A DNA stretch of 64,000 nt from an uncultured bacterium (GTDB lineage: Bacteria; Krumholzibacteriota; Krumholzibacteriia; JACNKJ01), in NCBI GenBank assembly GCA_964344565.1, contig CAYFNT010000020.1:3881-67880 (forward strand), read 5' to 3'. A program made the position numbers and the translations under genes. Of this stretch, positions 28,557 to 39,371 are shown piece by piece. The notes under the pieces were generated by a model. It saw only the letters and a program-made list of their open reading frames with translations, did not search any database and was not told where the DNA came from. How positions within the stretch are numbered: position 1 is the first letter of the stretch; each line of letters starts with the position of its first letter.

Positions 28557-28665
28557 GCTCGCCCGTCGCGGCGGCCATGAGCTTCGCGGCGTGGACCTCG
28601 ATGTCCTGCAGCCCCGCTATCTCGCCGAACCCTCGGTGACCCTTCCCGGAGGCGGGAAACCGTGA
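28000..28665 (+). CDS. tsaB: tRNA t6A biosynthesis protein TsaB
   Basis: ILSIDLS, AVTTGPGSFTGLRVGLSAAKGL, LQPRYL. Confidence 0.92.
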   Translation: MILSIDLSFRLGLMSLELPDGRTLVRHSDRPREHLEFIQKALAELAAEGGLNWADLTRLAVTTGPGSFTGLRVGLSAAKGLIFDTDIPLLPLPSLAVPALAAGESSPRALFRRSRAGEFWTAFFPPGEREPSEEAPRDIDGSLRWRDSLSSRWPELRCIGDVSDELAGIECQSEPDAPAQLDALAELARRGGHELRGVDLDVLQPRYLAEPSVTLPGGGKP

Positions 28666-29168
28666 GCCGAGCCTTCGAGTTCAACATCGAACATGGGGGA
28701 CGGACCTTCCGCGGCCTTCCCTTCACCGCGGATCACATTCCCGAGATCATGGACCTCGAGCGGGCCTGCTTCCCGGATCCCTGGACCGAAAACCTTTTCA
28801 TCCAGGAGGCCAAGCCCGAGGACCATCGATGGAATCTCGTGCTCCTCGACGGCGAGGACCTGGCCGCCTACGCGATCAGCTGGGTCGTTTCTGGAGAAAT
28901 ACATTTATTGAATTTCGCCATCAGGCCCGACCTGCAGGGGCAGGGTCTCGGTCGGGCCTTCTTCCGCTGGCTCAAGGAGGAGTCGCGCCGCGCGGGGGAC
29001 TCCGTGTTCCTGCTCGAAGTGCGGGACAGCAACGAGCGGGCGAAGAAGCTCTACGAATCGGAAGGTCTTCGGAGGGTCATGAAGCGCGAAGGATACTATC
29101 CGGACTCGGGGGAAGACGCCCTCGTCATGATGTGCTTCCTCCAGGACGAAGAGGAGGCCGCGCCGTGA
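28662..29168 (+). CDS. rimI: Ribosomal protein alanine N-acetyltransferase
   Basis: LERACFPDPW, HLLNFAI, QGQGLG, LEVRDSN, REGYY..GEDALVM; follows tsaB. Confidence 0.9.
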   Translation: MSRAFEFNIEHGGRTFRGLPFTADHIPEIMDLERACFPDPWTENLFIQEAKPEDHRWNLVLLDGEDLAAYAISWVVSGEIHLLNFAIRPDLQGQGLGRAFFRWLKEESRRAGDSVFLLEVRDSNERAKKLYESEGLRRVMKREGYYPDSGEDALVMMCFLQDEEEAAP

Positions 29169-29998
29169 GAACCGCGCCGTCATGGCTACCGCCGAAACTG
29201 CGCAGTTCCCTGGACGGCGTGCGTCCGGCCTGGGAAAAGCTCGAGTTGCCGCAGGGCACCGCCGCGGTGATCCTGGGCAGTGGTCTGGGAGGGGCGACTC
29301 GCGATTTCCCCGTGATATGGGAGCGGGGCTTCGAGGAACTGGGCCTGCATTCGGCCGGCGTGGCAGGGCACAAGGGCAGCCTGATCCTCGCCGAGAGCGA
29401 AGGGGCGCCGCTTCTGTTCCTGTCCGGGCGTCTGCATCGCTACGAAGGGCACCCCGACGAGGCCGTCCTGCTGCCTCATGCGGCCCTGGCCCTCCTGGAC
29501 CTGCGCGCCATCCTCGTGACCAACGCCGCCGGCGGGCTCGACGCCTCCTACTCCGCCGGCGACTTCATGCTCATCGGCGACATTCTCAGCAGCCAGTGGC
29601 GCGACCCCCTGCGGGGCGAGAGCGGCAAGGCGCCGGTGCCACTGCGGCTCTACGACGAATCTCTCCGGGCGGGACTCCGCCGGGCCGCCGCAGAAGGAGG
29701 CGTGACCCTGCACGAGGGCGTGCTCCACGCCGGCCTGGGCCCCGCCTTCGAGACTCCCGCCGAAGTGCGCATGGCCCGGAAGATGGGCTGCTCGGCGGCC
29801 AGCATGAGCACCTTCCCCGAGTCGGTGCTCTACGCTCGCATGGGGGCCAATGTTGCGGGTATCTCGTGCATTACCAACGTGATAGACGAGGAGGCCGGCG
29901 AGGAATTGACCCATGAGGAAGTGCTCGAGACGGGCCTGGCGGCGGCCGGACGCTTCGGGAGCATGCTGGCCGCCTGGACGAGGATCCTGGCTGAATAG
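29165..29998 (+). CDS. Purine nucleoside phosphorylase (trimeric type)
   Basis: ILGSGLG, GRLHRYEG, VTNAAGG, GPAFETPAE, MSTFPE, SCITN, THEEV. Confidence 0.9.
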   Translation: MRTAPSWLPPKLRSSLDGVRPAWEKLELPQGTAAVILGSGLGGATRDFPVIWERGFEELGLHSAGVAGHKGSLILAESEGAPLLFLSGRLHRYEGHPDEAVLLPHAALALLDLRAILVTNAAGGLDASYSAGDFMLIGDILSSQWRDPLRGESGKAPVPLRLYDESLRAGLRRAAAEGGVTLHEGVLHAGLGPAFETPAEVRMARKMGCSAASMSTFPESVLYARMGANVAGISCITNVIDEEAGEELTHEEVLETGLAAAGRFGSMLAAWTRILAE

Positions 29999-30072
29999 GG
30001 TTGCCCGCGGGCCTGGCCCTACCTATAATCGGCCGATCCCGCAATGAATTAGGTTTAGGAGAAGGGTGGAGA

Positions 30073-31071
<999 letters not shown>

Positions 31072-31078
31072 GACATCC

Positions 31079-32089
31079 CTAGAGCCAAGCGCCGTTGCCG
31101 AACCGCCAGATCAGGGCGGGACCTCCGGCTATTGCCGCGAATAGGACCAGCGCCAGGATCAGGCGCAGGGCGCCCTTCCGCATGCGCGCGAGTCCGGCTC
31201 CCTCGAGTTCGGGCAGCCTGGCTTCCGCTCGGACGGCCAGGAAGGCCGCGGGGCCGTCCATCAGGATCAGCAGGAGGGCGGCGAAGATGGGATAGCCCGC
31301 CAGGCGGTACTTCGGCAGGAAGAGACACCAGGGACAGAGGTGATCGGCATCCCCGTAGTGATAGGCCGCGAAGACCTTCACCGCGGCCGCCGCGGCCAGG
31401 GGAGCGAAGATCAGCGCGGACATGCCCAGCAGGCCCGTGCGGCGCAGGGGCGATCTGCCAGGAGCGATGAATAGCCAGGCGCCGAGCAGGAGCATCCAGG
31501 CGGCGAGAGCCCCGCTGCCCCAGAGCAGGAAGGCGTCGGAGAGCCCCGTGCCGCGGCCGGCTTCCACGGTTTCGGCCACCTGGCCGAAGACCGCGGCGCA
31601 GCAGTCCACCGGCGCGTGTTCGTCCAGGGCCAGGAAGCTGCGACCGCTGTCCAGCGCGGCAATGACGAGCACGGGCGCGGCGAGCAGCAGGATGCGCGCG
31701 GCGATGGGTCCGAGGGGCGAGCCGCCGCGGCGTCTGCTGAAGCCGTCGTGCAGACTCCAGGCGCCGAGGAGTGCCAGGGTCAGAAGGCGCAGGCCCAGGG
31801 CACGCTGGACCAATCCCTCGGAGGCCTGCACCACGCCGGTGCCGCACATGGCTCCGGGCACTGCATCGGGCAGGATGAGGGTGAGGCTCACCAGGTAGAT
31901 GATCGATGCGAGAGCGAAGGCGGCCAGGGCCCATCGCGCGAGGCGCGAGGAAGAGGCTTCGCGGGTTTCGTCGTGAAGCTCCGAACCGCCGACCAGAAGA
32001 CGCGCCTTGGACCAGACCGCCAGGGCCAACAGGATGATGGCGACCGCATCGAAGGCCGCGGTGGCCAGGGTCGAGGGATGGGTGATCAC
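31079..32089 (-). CDS. Multi-pass membrane protein with conserved-looking Cys motifs
   Basis: About 8 TM segments; PGAMCGTG, DCC, HLCPWCLF. Confidence 0.75.
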   Translation of the reverse strand: MITHPSTLATAAFDAVAIILLALAVWSKARLLVGGSELHDETREASSSRLARWALAAFALASIIYLVSLTLILPDAVPGAMCGTGVVQASEGLVQRALGLRLLTLALLGAWSLHDGFSRRRGGSPLGPIAARILLLAAPVLVIAALDSGRSFLALDEHAPVDCCAAVFGQVAETVEAGRGTGLSDAFLLWGSGALAAWMLLLGAWLFIAPGRSPLRRTGLLGMSALIFAPLAAAAAVKVFAAYHYGDADHLCPWCLFLPKYRLAGYPIFAALLLILMDGPAAFLAVRAEARLPELEGAGLARMRKGALRLILALVLFAAIAGGPALIWRFGNGAWL

Positions 32090-32211
32090 AGGCGCTCCTT
32101 CGTTTCGCTGGAATCGCGATCAGGATAGTGCGAGTCGGCGCCGATGACAAACGCGACGTTTACCTCGTCGCGACGGTGGACCTGCGCCGGGTCGAGTGAT
32201 AGTTTGCGCCC

Positions 32212-32880
32212 ATGGACCTCGCGCTCTCCCGTCTCGACCTCATCTCCATGCTCATGCTCGGACTCCTGGGCACGGGCCATTGCGTGGGCATGTGCGGTCC
32301 GCTCATCGTGGCCATCCCTGCGCGGGTGGGACCCTTCCGCGCCCAGGTCTACTATCATCTCGGACGGGTCGCCACCTACACCCTGGTCGGCGTGATCTTC
32401 GGCGCATTGGGCGGCGCCCTCGGGCAGCTCAAGGTGCTCGTGCACCTGCAGGTGGCCCTCGGCGCGGCGGCAGCGGTCTTCCTCCTGCTCTTCGGACTGG
32501 AACGCATCGGTCTCGTGCGCGGGCCGGCCTTCCTTCAGAACGTGGCCACCGCGAGCCTGGGCGGGCGCGGCCTGCTTCGGCGATTGCTCGCCAGTCAGCG
32601 ACCCATGAGCATGCTGCCGGTGGGGCTCATGCTGGGTCTGTTGCCCTGCGGACTGTCCTACGCCGCCTTCGCCCGGGCGCTGCCCGCCGGCGGTCCCGTC
32701 GAAGGCGGCGCATTGGTGCTCGCCTTCGCCCTGGGCACGGTGCCGGGCCTGCTCGTACTCGGCACGGCGGCTTCGAAGATCATGCTCAAGTACCGCGCCC
32801 TCTCCGATCTGCTCTCGGGCATGCTCATGATCGCCATGGCCCTGAGCCTGGGTGCGGACATCCTCCAATCGCTCATCTGA
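32212..32880 (+). CDS. DsbD_2 / TauE-SafE-like membrane protein
   Basis: GHCVGMCGP, YHLGRVATY, GLLPCGLSY, FALGTVP. Confidence 0.88.
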   Translation: MDLALSRLDLISMLMLGLLGTGHCVGMCGPLIVAIPARVGPFRAQVYYHLGRVATYTLVGVIFGALGGALGQLKVLVHLQVALGAAAAVFLLLFGLERIGLVRGPAFLQNVATASLGGRGLLRRLLASQRPMSMLPVGLMLGLLPCGLSYAAFARALPAGGPVEGGALVLAFALGTVPGLLVLGTAASKIMLKYRALSDLLSGMLMIAMALSLGADILQSLI

Positions 32881-32935
32881 CCGGCCGCCCTGGCAGAGGC
32901 AGGGCAGCTCGTGCTAGCCTGCTCCCGGAGGACCC

Positions 32936-34171
32936 ATGCCCGAGAATACCCGCCACTTCGACTTTCCCGAAGCGCCGCTGATTCCGCCGGAGACCGAGGC
33001 GGAGAAGTGGCTCTACGGCCTCGGCCGATTCGGCATGAAGCTCGGGCTCGCGAACATCCGCGAACTGGCTCGGCGCTTCGGCGATCCGCAGGGGAAGCTG
33101 CGTTTCCTGCACGTGGCGGGGACCAACGGCAAGGGCTCGGTCTGCTTCTACCTCGAGTCGCTGCTTCGGGCTTCGGAGCATTCCGTGGGCGTCTTCGCGA
33201 GTCCGCACCTGGTGCACGTGGGCGAACGCGTACGCGTGGACGGCGAGTTCCTGTCCCACGGGGATCTCGCGCGCTACGTGGAACGGGTGCGAGCCGACGT
33301 GGAGGAACTTCAGGCCACCTTCTTCGAGGCCATGACACTCATCGCGCTTCTGCGTTTCGCCGAGGCGGGCGTCGAGGTCGTGGCCTGGGAAACCGGTCTC
33401 GGCGGGCGATACGATTCCACCCGGGTGGCCGATCCCGCGGCTACCTGCATCACGCGGGTGGGGCTCGACCATACGAAGTACCTCGGGTCGACTCTCGAGG
33501 AAATCGCGGCGGACAAGATGGGCATCGCCCGGCCCGGCCTGCCTCTCTACACGGGGCAGGAGCCCGGCGATCTGCTCGAGTTCATGGGCGAGCATGCCGT
33601 TTCCGAGAACGTCGAACTGATTTCCGTGCCGCCCTTGAAACTGGAAGGACTGCCGCCCTTCCAACGAAGCAACGCGGCCCTGGCGATTCGCATGCTCGAG
33701 GATCTCGATCCGCAGCTGCTGCCCGAGAATCCGGAGGCGACGCTTCTCGATACGGCGCTTCCCGGACGCTTTCACGTCGTTCGCGAGGATCCGCTCCTGG
33801 TCATCGACGGGGGACACAATCCCCAGGCCCTCGAGGCCGTGCTCGACGAGTGGGACCGTCGCGCGCCCGAAGGGGGCCGGCTCGTCTTCGGCTGCTCCGC
33901 CGACAAGGAGGTGGACGCGCTGCTCGAGCTGCTGAAACGGAAGCCGCGACCTGTGATCCTGACCCAAGCGCAGAATCCGAGATCCCTCGCCGCCGAAGAG
34001 CTGTTCGATCGCGCCGGATGTCCGGATAACTGGTCCCTGGCCGAGCACTCGTCCTTGGCGTTCAAGGATGCGGGAAGCGGGCCGCTGCTGGTCACGGGCT
34101 CCTTCTACCTGGCCGGCGAGGCCTATCTCATGTTGGCGGCCCCAAGGGAGGACCGATCCCATGATTCATGA
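32936..34171 (+). CDS. folC: Folylpolyglutamate/dihydrofolate synthase
   Basis: HVAGTNGKGS, SPHL, TFFEAMT, ETGLGGRYDST, PGRF, DGGHN, TGSFYL. Confidence 0.95.
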   Translation: MPENTRHFDFPEAPLIPPETEAEKWLYGLGRFGMKLGLANIRELARRFGDPQGKLRFLHVAGTNGKGSVCFYLESLLRASEHSVGVFASPHLVHVGERVRVDGEFLSHGDLARYVERVRADVEELQATFFEAMTLIALLRFAEAGVEVVAWETGLGGRYDSTRVADPAATCITRVGLDHTKYLGSTLEEIAADKMGIARPGLPLYTGQEPGDLLEFMGEHAVSENVELISVPPLKLEGLPPFQRSNAALAIRMLEDLDPQLLPENPEATLLDTALPGRFHVVREDPLLVIDGGHNPQALEAVLDEWDRRAPEGGRLVFGCSADKEVDALLELLKRKPRPVILTQAQNPRSLAAEELFDRAGCPDNWSLAEHSSLAFKDAGSGPLLVTGSFYLAGEAYLMLAAPREDRSHDS

Positions 34172-34706
34172 GGCCGCGCCTCCCAGGATCGAAGAGATCC
34201 TCAGGCTACTCGAGGCCCATTCACTGCGCTACGTGATCTGCGGATCGGTCGCGGCTCGGCTTCATGGAGTTGAGCTCGTTCCCGGCGACCTGGACATCGT
34301 GCCGGACACGGAGCCGGAAAACCTGGCGAAACTCGTACGGGTCCTCGAAGCCTTGGAGGCGCGACCGCCCGGACCCTTCGGAAAGTGGGAGTCGCTGTCG
34401 AACGGAGAGTGGAAGTGGATCGCCCGGGAGACCAGCCAGGAAGAGGTCCTGGCCTGGAGGCCAGATCCCGACGACATCCACAGCTTCGACAATCTCTATA
34501 GAACCCGGCTGGGCGACTTCGATGTGCTGCCCTTCATCTCGGGGACCTACGCGGACCTGGCGGAGCGTGCGGTCAGGCTATCGGCCTTCGGTCTCGAACT
34601 CCGTGTGGCCCATGTGGACGATCTCCTCGCGCGACTGACCCAACCGCGGCGCGAAAAAGACGCGCCGAAGATCGCGCGGCTGCGCGAGATCCAGCGCGGA
34701 ATTTGA
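34161..34706 (+). CDS. Nucleotidyltransferase-fold protein
   Basis: VICGSVAARLHG...GDLDIVP, RREKD. Confidence 0.7.
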   Translation: MIHEAAPPRIEEILRLLEAHSLRYVICGSVAARLHGVELVPGDLDIVPDTEPENLAKLVRVLEALEARPPGPFGKWESLSNGEWKWIARETSQEEVLAWRPDPDDIHSFDNLYRTRLGDFDVLPFISGTYADLAERAVRLSAFGLELRVAHVDDLLARLTQPRREKDAPKIARLREIQRGI

Positions 34707-34728
34707 TGGGCCGGCCTGGGAAGGTCGA

Positions 34729-35109
34729 TTAGGGCTGTTCCAGGCGCTCTACCAGCATCATGGCGTTTCCGTCGGGATCGAAGAAGGTCGCCAGCTTGAC
34801 CATCTCCGGAATCTCCTGGGTATCGCCGTCGAAGCGAACGCCCTTGCCCTCGAGCTCGGCGCGGGCGGCGGCGATGTCCAGAACTCCCCAGACCGGCACG
34901 CACCCGCCACCCTGCTGAACCTCTTCCCGGGTGCCCAGGCCCACGCTGATGCCATCGCCGGGGCCTTGCAGTTCGCACCAGCCCATGTCGTCCAGCTTGT
35001 AAAGAAGCTTGAAGCCCAGGGTGGCTTCGTACCACTGGATGGCGGCGTCCAGGTTCTTGACCCCGAAGGTGAGGGTGACGTCTCCCTTGTATTCGAAATT
35101 CACGCTCAT
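34729..35109 (-). CDS. VOC/glyoxalase family protein
   Basis: VKNLDAAIQWYEATLGF, FFDPDGN. Confidence 0.9.
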   Translation of the reverse strand: MSVNFEYKGDVTLTFGVKNLDAAIQWYEATLGFKLLYKLDDMGWCELQGPGDGISVGLGTREEVQQGGGCVPVWGVLDIAAARAELEGKGVRFDGDTQEIPEMVKLATFFDPDGNAMMLVERLEQP

Positions 35110-35213
35110 GTCGGACCTCTGTGTTGGGTGGAGGGAAATCGGCTCTTCACAAATCGCCGGAAGTAGAGTATGTTAAGTATAGCAACTATAAAAACAAGGT
35201 CAAGTGCAAAGCC

Positions 35214-35789
35214 ATGTCCAAGCAAGCACGACTCGACGGCCTCGTGGCCCTTTGCCATCGCCGATGGAGCATACCGCTCCTGGCATTCCTCGCCGAGGGC
35301 GGGGGACGTCGTTTCGTGGAATTCCAGCAAAGTCTTCCCATCGGAAGGCAGGCGCTTCGAGACAATCTGGACAGGCTCATCGAACTGGGGCTTCTGCGCC
35401 GCAATCCCGGGCATGGCCATCCCCTGAGGCCCGAGTATCTTCTCAGGCGCAAGGCCTCGAAACTCGCGTTTCTCTGCGCCGACCTGAGCGTCTTCCTCGA
35501 GCGGAAGGGCCTGGAGAACTGCGCATCCCTCAAATGGTCGCTTCCCGTGCTGGCCGCCGTGGCCGGTGGGTCGGAACGCTACGGCCAGATCCGGGAGCGC
35601 CTGGATACCATCAGCCCCCGGGCCCTCGCCATGGCCTTGCAGGAGCTGGAAGACTCGGGTCTCTTGATCCGAATAATCACGGACGCCCATCCTCCCGGCG
35701 TCAGCTATCGACTTAGCTCGCCGGGAAGAGCTCTGGCGCGCAGACTCGCGCCGATCCGGTCCTTCAAGATGCCCGAGGCTCTTGACTAG
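35214..35789 (+). CDS. Tandem-duplicated HxlR-type winged-helix regulator
   Basis: Two units: RWSIPLL..RFVEFQ..L..NLDRL and KWSLPVL..RYGQI..ISPRAL..LQELE..PPGVSYRLS. Confidence 0.85.
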   Translation: MSKQARLDGLVALCHRRWSIPLLAFLAEGGGRRFVEFQQSLPIGRQALRDNLDRLIELGLLRRNPGHGHPLRPEYLLRRKASKLAFLCADLSVFLERKGLENCASLKWSLPVLAAVAGGSERYGQIRERLDTISPRALAMALQELEDSGLLIRIITDAHPPGVSYRLSSPGRALARRLAPIRSFKMPEALD

Positions 35790-35839
35790 CCCTTCGCCGG
35801 ATGGTGAAGTATGGGTTCATTCACACCCGAAGGAGCCCC

Positions 35840-36223
35840 ATGGAAATCCGTCCCCGTGAAACCGTGATCCTCGCCGAGGACTTCGATGCCATGGTCGCCT
35901 GGTACCGCGACACGCTCGGATTCAAGGTCACCGACCGCTTCGAGGACGAGTTCCACTACGCGAATCTGGTTACGCCCTCGGGAATCGCCATCGGCATCGC
36001 CTCGGCGAAGGAGATGGGCGTGGAGCCGGCCGATCGCACCAAGAATACCGTCCTGCTGCAATTCGAGGTGGAGGACGTGAAGGCCTTCTTCGAACAGATC
36101 GGGAAGTCGGGGGCCACGGTCACCTTCGGACCCAGCCATAGCGAGAAGGACGACTTCTGGTACGGTGGCTTCTCCGATCCGGAAGGCAATCCCGTCTGGG
36201 TGGTCGACGGGAATTGTCCCTGA
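35840..36223 (+). CDS. VOC/glyoxalase family protein
   Basis: WYRDTLGF, FEVEDV, FSDPEGN; AGGAG RBS. Confidence 0.88.
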   Translation: MEIRPRETVILAEDFDAMVAWYRDTLGFKVTDRFEDEFHYANLVTPSGIAIGIASAKEMGVEPADRTKNTVLLQFEVEDVKAFFEQIGKSGATVTFGPSHSEKDDFWYGGFSDPEGNPVWVVDGNCP

Positions 36224-36236
36224 TCGAAGGTTCGAG

Positions 36237-36713
36237 ATGAGAATACGGGTCATACTCTTATCGTTGCTCGTGAGCATGGGGAGTTCCGCCATGGAAACCA
36301 TGAAGGTCGAAGATCTCGCCTGGCTGACGGGAACCTGGACCCACCTGGGCCGCGAAGCCGGCTCGGTGGAGATCTGGAGCGCTCCGGCGGGAGGGACCAT
36401 GTTGGGCATGGCCCGCTTCGTGAAAGAGGGGCGGACCGTGGACTTCGAGTACCTCCGCATTCGCGAGACCGAAGACGGAATGCTGGAGTACATCGCCCTT
36501 CCGTCGGGACAGGCCGAAACCGCTTTCCGCATCGTCGAGCTTTCGAGCGGGAAAGCCGTTTTCGAAAACCTCGAACACGACTTTCCCCAGCGCATCATCT
36601 ACCTTCTCGAAGCCGAGGACGATCTCGTGGCGCGCATCGAGGGAAGGGTGAAGGGCGAAGAACGCTCCGTGGACTTCCCCATGCGTCGAGTTCAGCCGGG
36701 CGGAGAGGGATGA
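36237..36713 (+). CDS. Secreted DUF6265-like protein
   Basis: Signal peptide; LAWLTGTW, EIW, FENLEHDFPQRIIY. Confidence 0.8.
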   Translation: MRIRVILLSLLVSMGSSAMETMKVEDLAWLTGTWTHLGREAGSVEIWSAPAGGTMLGMARFVKEGRTVDFEYLRIRETEDGMLEYIALPSGQAETAFRIVELSSGKAVFENLEHDFPQRIIYLLEAEDDLVARIEGRVKGEERSVDFPMRRVQPGGEG

Positions 36714-37456
36714 TGAACCAGAGCGAGTTTGGGAACGTCTACGACGACGATCAGCGCGCCAGCGCCTACGCCACCCTCGAGTTTCCGGGCACCTACCTGC
36801 TCGCGTTCCGCGACCTGCCCGCGCTGGCCGCCAGGCATATCAAGGGAAAACGCGCCCTGGACTTCGGCTGCGGCACGGGACGCTCCACCCGCTTTCTCGC
36901 CGACCTCGGATACGACGCCATGGGAGTGGACATTTCCCAGCCCATGCTCGAGAAGGCGCGGGAATTCGATCCCCGCGGCCGCTACGAATTGGTGGGCGAG
37001 GGGGACCTCGGAGTCCTGTCGGGCGAGAGCTTCGATCTGATCCTCTCGGCATTCACCTTCGACAATATACCGACCACCGAACTGAAGGCCCTGAGCTTCC
37101 GCGCACTGGTTCAGTTGCTGAGTCCCGAGGGGCGGATGATCAGCGTGGTGTCTTCGCCGGAGATCTACCTGAACGAGTGGGCGTCCTTCTCCACGAAGAA
37201 CTACCCCGAGAACCGCAAGGCCAGGAGCGGGGATACGGTCCTCATCGAGATGCTCGACGTGGAAGACGGACGGCCCGTGAAGGACGTGCTCTACGACGAG
37301 GCGAGCTATCGCGCCCTCTACGCGGAAACGAATCTGGAAGTGGTCGAAACGATCAAACCCCTCGCCACCGGCGAGGAGGGGACGGGATGGGTGAGCGAAA
37401 CCGAAATCCCGCCCTGGGTGATCTACGTCCTCGGCGCATCCGAAAACAATCCCTGA
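36710..37456 (+). CDS. Class I SAM-dependent methyltransferase
   Basis: ALDFGCGTGRS, GVDIS..ML, FDLILS. Confidence 0.9.
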   Translation: MMNQSEFGNVYDDDQRASAYATLEFPGTYLLAFRDLPALAARHIKGKRALDFGCGTGRSTRFLADLGYDAMGVDISQPMLEKAREFDPRGRYELVGEGDLGVLSGESFDLILSAFTFDNIPTTELKALSFRALVQLLSPEGRMISVVSSPEIYLNEWASFSTKNYPENRKARSGDTVLIEMLDVEDGRPVKDVLYDEASYRALYAETNLEVVETIKPLATGEEGTGWVSETEIPPWVIYVLGASENNP

Positions 37457-37475
37457 CGACAATGGAGGCATCAGC

Positions 37476-38081
37476 GTGAATCAGGAAATCATGGCCATCG
37501 AAAAGCAGATCTTCGAACTGACCCAGGAGCTGACCAGGCTTCGCAAGGCCAGCGAGGGCGAAGAGGTGCCCAACTACAAGTTCGAAACGCTTCAGGGCGA
37601 AACGGGCCTTCTGGATCTCTTCGGCGATCGCGACAAGCTGCTGCTCATTCACAACATGGGACAGGGCTGCCGCTGGTGCACCCTCTGGGCCGACGGCTTC
37701 AACGGTATCCTGTCGCATCTGGAGGCCGCCATGTCGGTGGTGCTGGTGTCCAAGGACGATCCTGAAACCCAGCGGCGTTTCGCCGGCTCCCGCGGCTGGA
37801 AGTATCGACTCGCCTCCCACGGCGGCGGCGCCTACATCGAGGAACAGACGGTCATGGAGGGCTCGGGCAACATGCCCGGCGCGGTGGTCTACGAGCGCGA
37901 CGGCGATCGCATCCTTCGCAAGAACGACTGCATCTTCGGCCCCGGCGATATCTACTGCTCCCTCTGGCACCTGCTGGGCATGGGTGGAATCGGCGAGGAC
38001 GAATTCACGCCGCAGTTCACCTACTGGAGCCGTCCCAAGAAGATGGACGACGGCGGCGAGAACCTGCCGGCGGATGCCTGA
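37476..38081 (+). CDS. DUF899 thioredoxin-like protein
   Basis: LLDLFG, HNMGQGCRWCTLWADG. Confidence 0.82.
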   Translation: MNQEIMAIEKQIFELTQELTRLRKASEGEEVPNYKFETLQGETGLLDLFGDRDKLLLIHNMGQGCRWCTLWADGFNGILSHLEAAMSVVLVSKDDPETQRRFAGSRGWKYRLASHGGGAYIEEQTVMEGSGNMPGAVVYERDGDRILRKNDCIFGPGDIYCSLWHLLGMGGIGEDEFTPQFTYWSRPKKMDDGGENLPADA

Positions 38082-38425
38082 TGATGAGGGATCTCTGCAG
38101 GCGCTACTACGAGGCCTGGGCCGCGGGGGATCGGGAGACCGTGCGGAACTGTCTCCACGAGAATCTGTCCTTCGCGAGTCCCCAGGATCGCTACGATTCG
38201 GCCGAGGCATTCCTTTCGCAATGCTGGCGTTTTTCCGAAGGCCTGACGGGAGTCCGCGTCGTCGAGGAGGTCCACGAAGGGAATCGATCCTTCCTGATCC
38301 TGCGATGGCTCGCCCGGCAAGGTGAGTTCATGGGCGCAGAGTACGTCGAGCATGCGGAAGACAGGATCACGCGCATCATCGTCGTGAACAATGATCCCGC
38401 CTTCGGCAGCATGGTCGAGATCTAG
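38081..38425 (+). CDS. SnoaL/NTF2-like protein
   Basis: RYYEAWAAGD..LHENLSFASP. Confidence 0.75.
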   Translation: MMRDLCRRYYEAWAAGDRETVRNCLHENLSFASPQDRYDSAEAFLSQCWRFSEGLTGVRVVEEVHEGNRSFLILRWLARQGEFMGAEYVEHAEDRITRIIVVNNDPAFGSMVEI

Positions 38426-39150
38426 TCGTCGGCGATGGACAGGTAGGCAAGAAGGTTCTCGATCTGATCGGCCGTGAGCTCATCCAGGTAGCTGGCCATC
38501 TCCTTGCCGGAACGCTCACCGTTGCGAAACAGGACGATTTGCCTGCGAAGGTACTCGGTGTCCTGCCCCGTGAGAAAAGGCCTCGAGCCTTGGCCTTTGC
38601 CCTCCTTGCCATGACATTTGCGGCACTGCTTTCGGTAGATCGACTCTCCCTCCGCGAAATCCCCTTCGTATCGCGCCACGTTCTTGACTCGTTTCGAAAT
38701 GAGCAGCTTCTCGTAGGAACTCGTTCCCGGAGCGAAGTCGGGCATGGTTTCGAACAGCTCGACTTCGGACAGGTACCGGGAGATGTCGAGCAGATCCGGC
38801 TCGGGAAGCTCCCTGTCGGTGGCCCAGATTCCCATGGTGAGGCTTTGACGTTCCTTGGATTTGAAGGCGCGAAGCTGATCAACCAGGTACTTCTCGGGGA
38901 GTCCGGCGAGTCGAGGGTATTCACCGTCGCCGCCACCTTCGCCGAATTCGCCGTGACATCCCGCGCACAACTCATTGATGTCCCGCGCGTTTTCGGGATC
39001 GTAGTCATGGATCGATTCGGACGACCGGGCTGTCGTGGGTGTCAGCCAGATCAGGCCGAGGGCGAGGACCCAATTGCAGATGAGCCGCGTTCCCAATCCG
39101 AAACCGCTCCCGGATACGAGTCGAGGGTGATGGGCCGCCAAACTGTGCAC
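38422..39150 (-). CDS. Di-heme cytochrome c4-like protein (start uncertain)
   Basis: CAGCH and CRKCH; PRLAG..YLVDQL and LTGQ..YLRRQI repeats. Confidence 0.88.
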   Translation of the reverse strand: MHSLAAHHPRLVSGSGFGLGTRLICNWVLALGLIWLTPTTARSSESIHDYDPENARDINELCAGCHGEFGEGGGDGEYPRLAGLPEKYLVDQLRAFKSKERQSLTMGIWATDRELPEPDLLDISRYLSEVELFETMPDFAPGTSSYEKLLISKRVKNVARYEGDFAEGESIYRKQCRKCHGKEGKGQGSRPFLTGQDTEYLRRQIVLFRNGERSGKEMASYLDELTADQIENLLAYLSIADD

Positions 39151-39371
39151 GATTGAGTCTATCGCAGATGGCCTGCGTGGTCAGCCTTTTCCATTTCCAA
39201 CCGCGCGCGCGATTGTCCCGTGCTTCCTGAACCCATGGACCGGCGAGATCTTTTCAAGAGCTCCGACGACTCTCAGGCATTCGCCGCCGGGGCCATGGTC
39301 CCCGAAGGGGGGAGCCCGGCGATCTGATGCACCTGATCCAGAACGACAATGTTGAGGGGTGATCGCGATTC

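Noticed and set aside
36212..36223. VOC gene ending NCP-TGA as a second CxU selenoprotein
   Set aside because: The domain is complete at the stop, read-through would overlap the next gene out of frame, and there is no convincing SECIS
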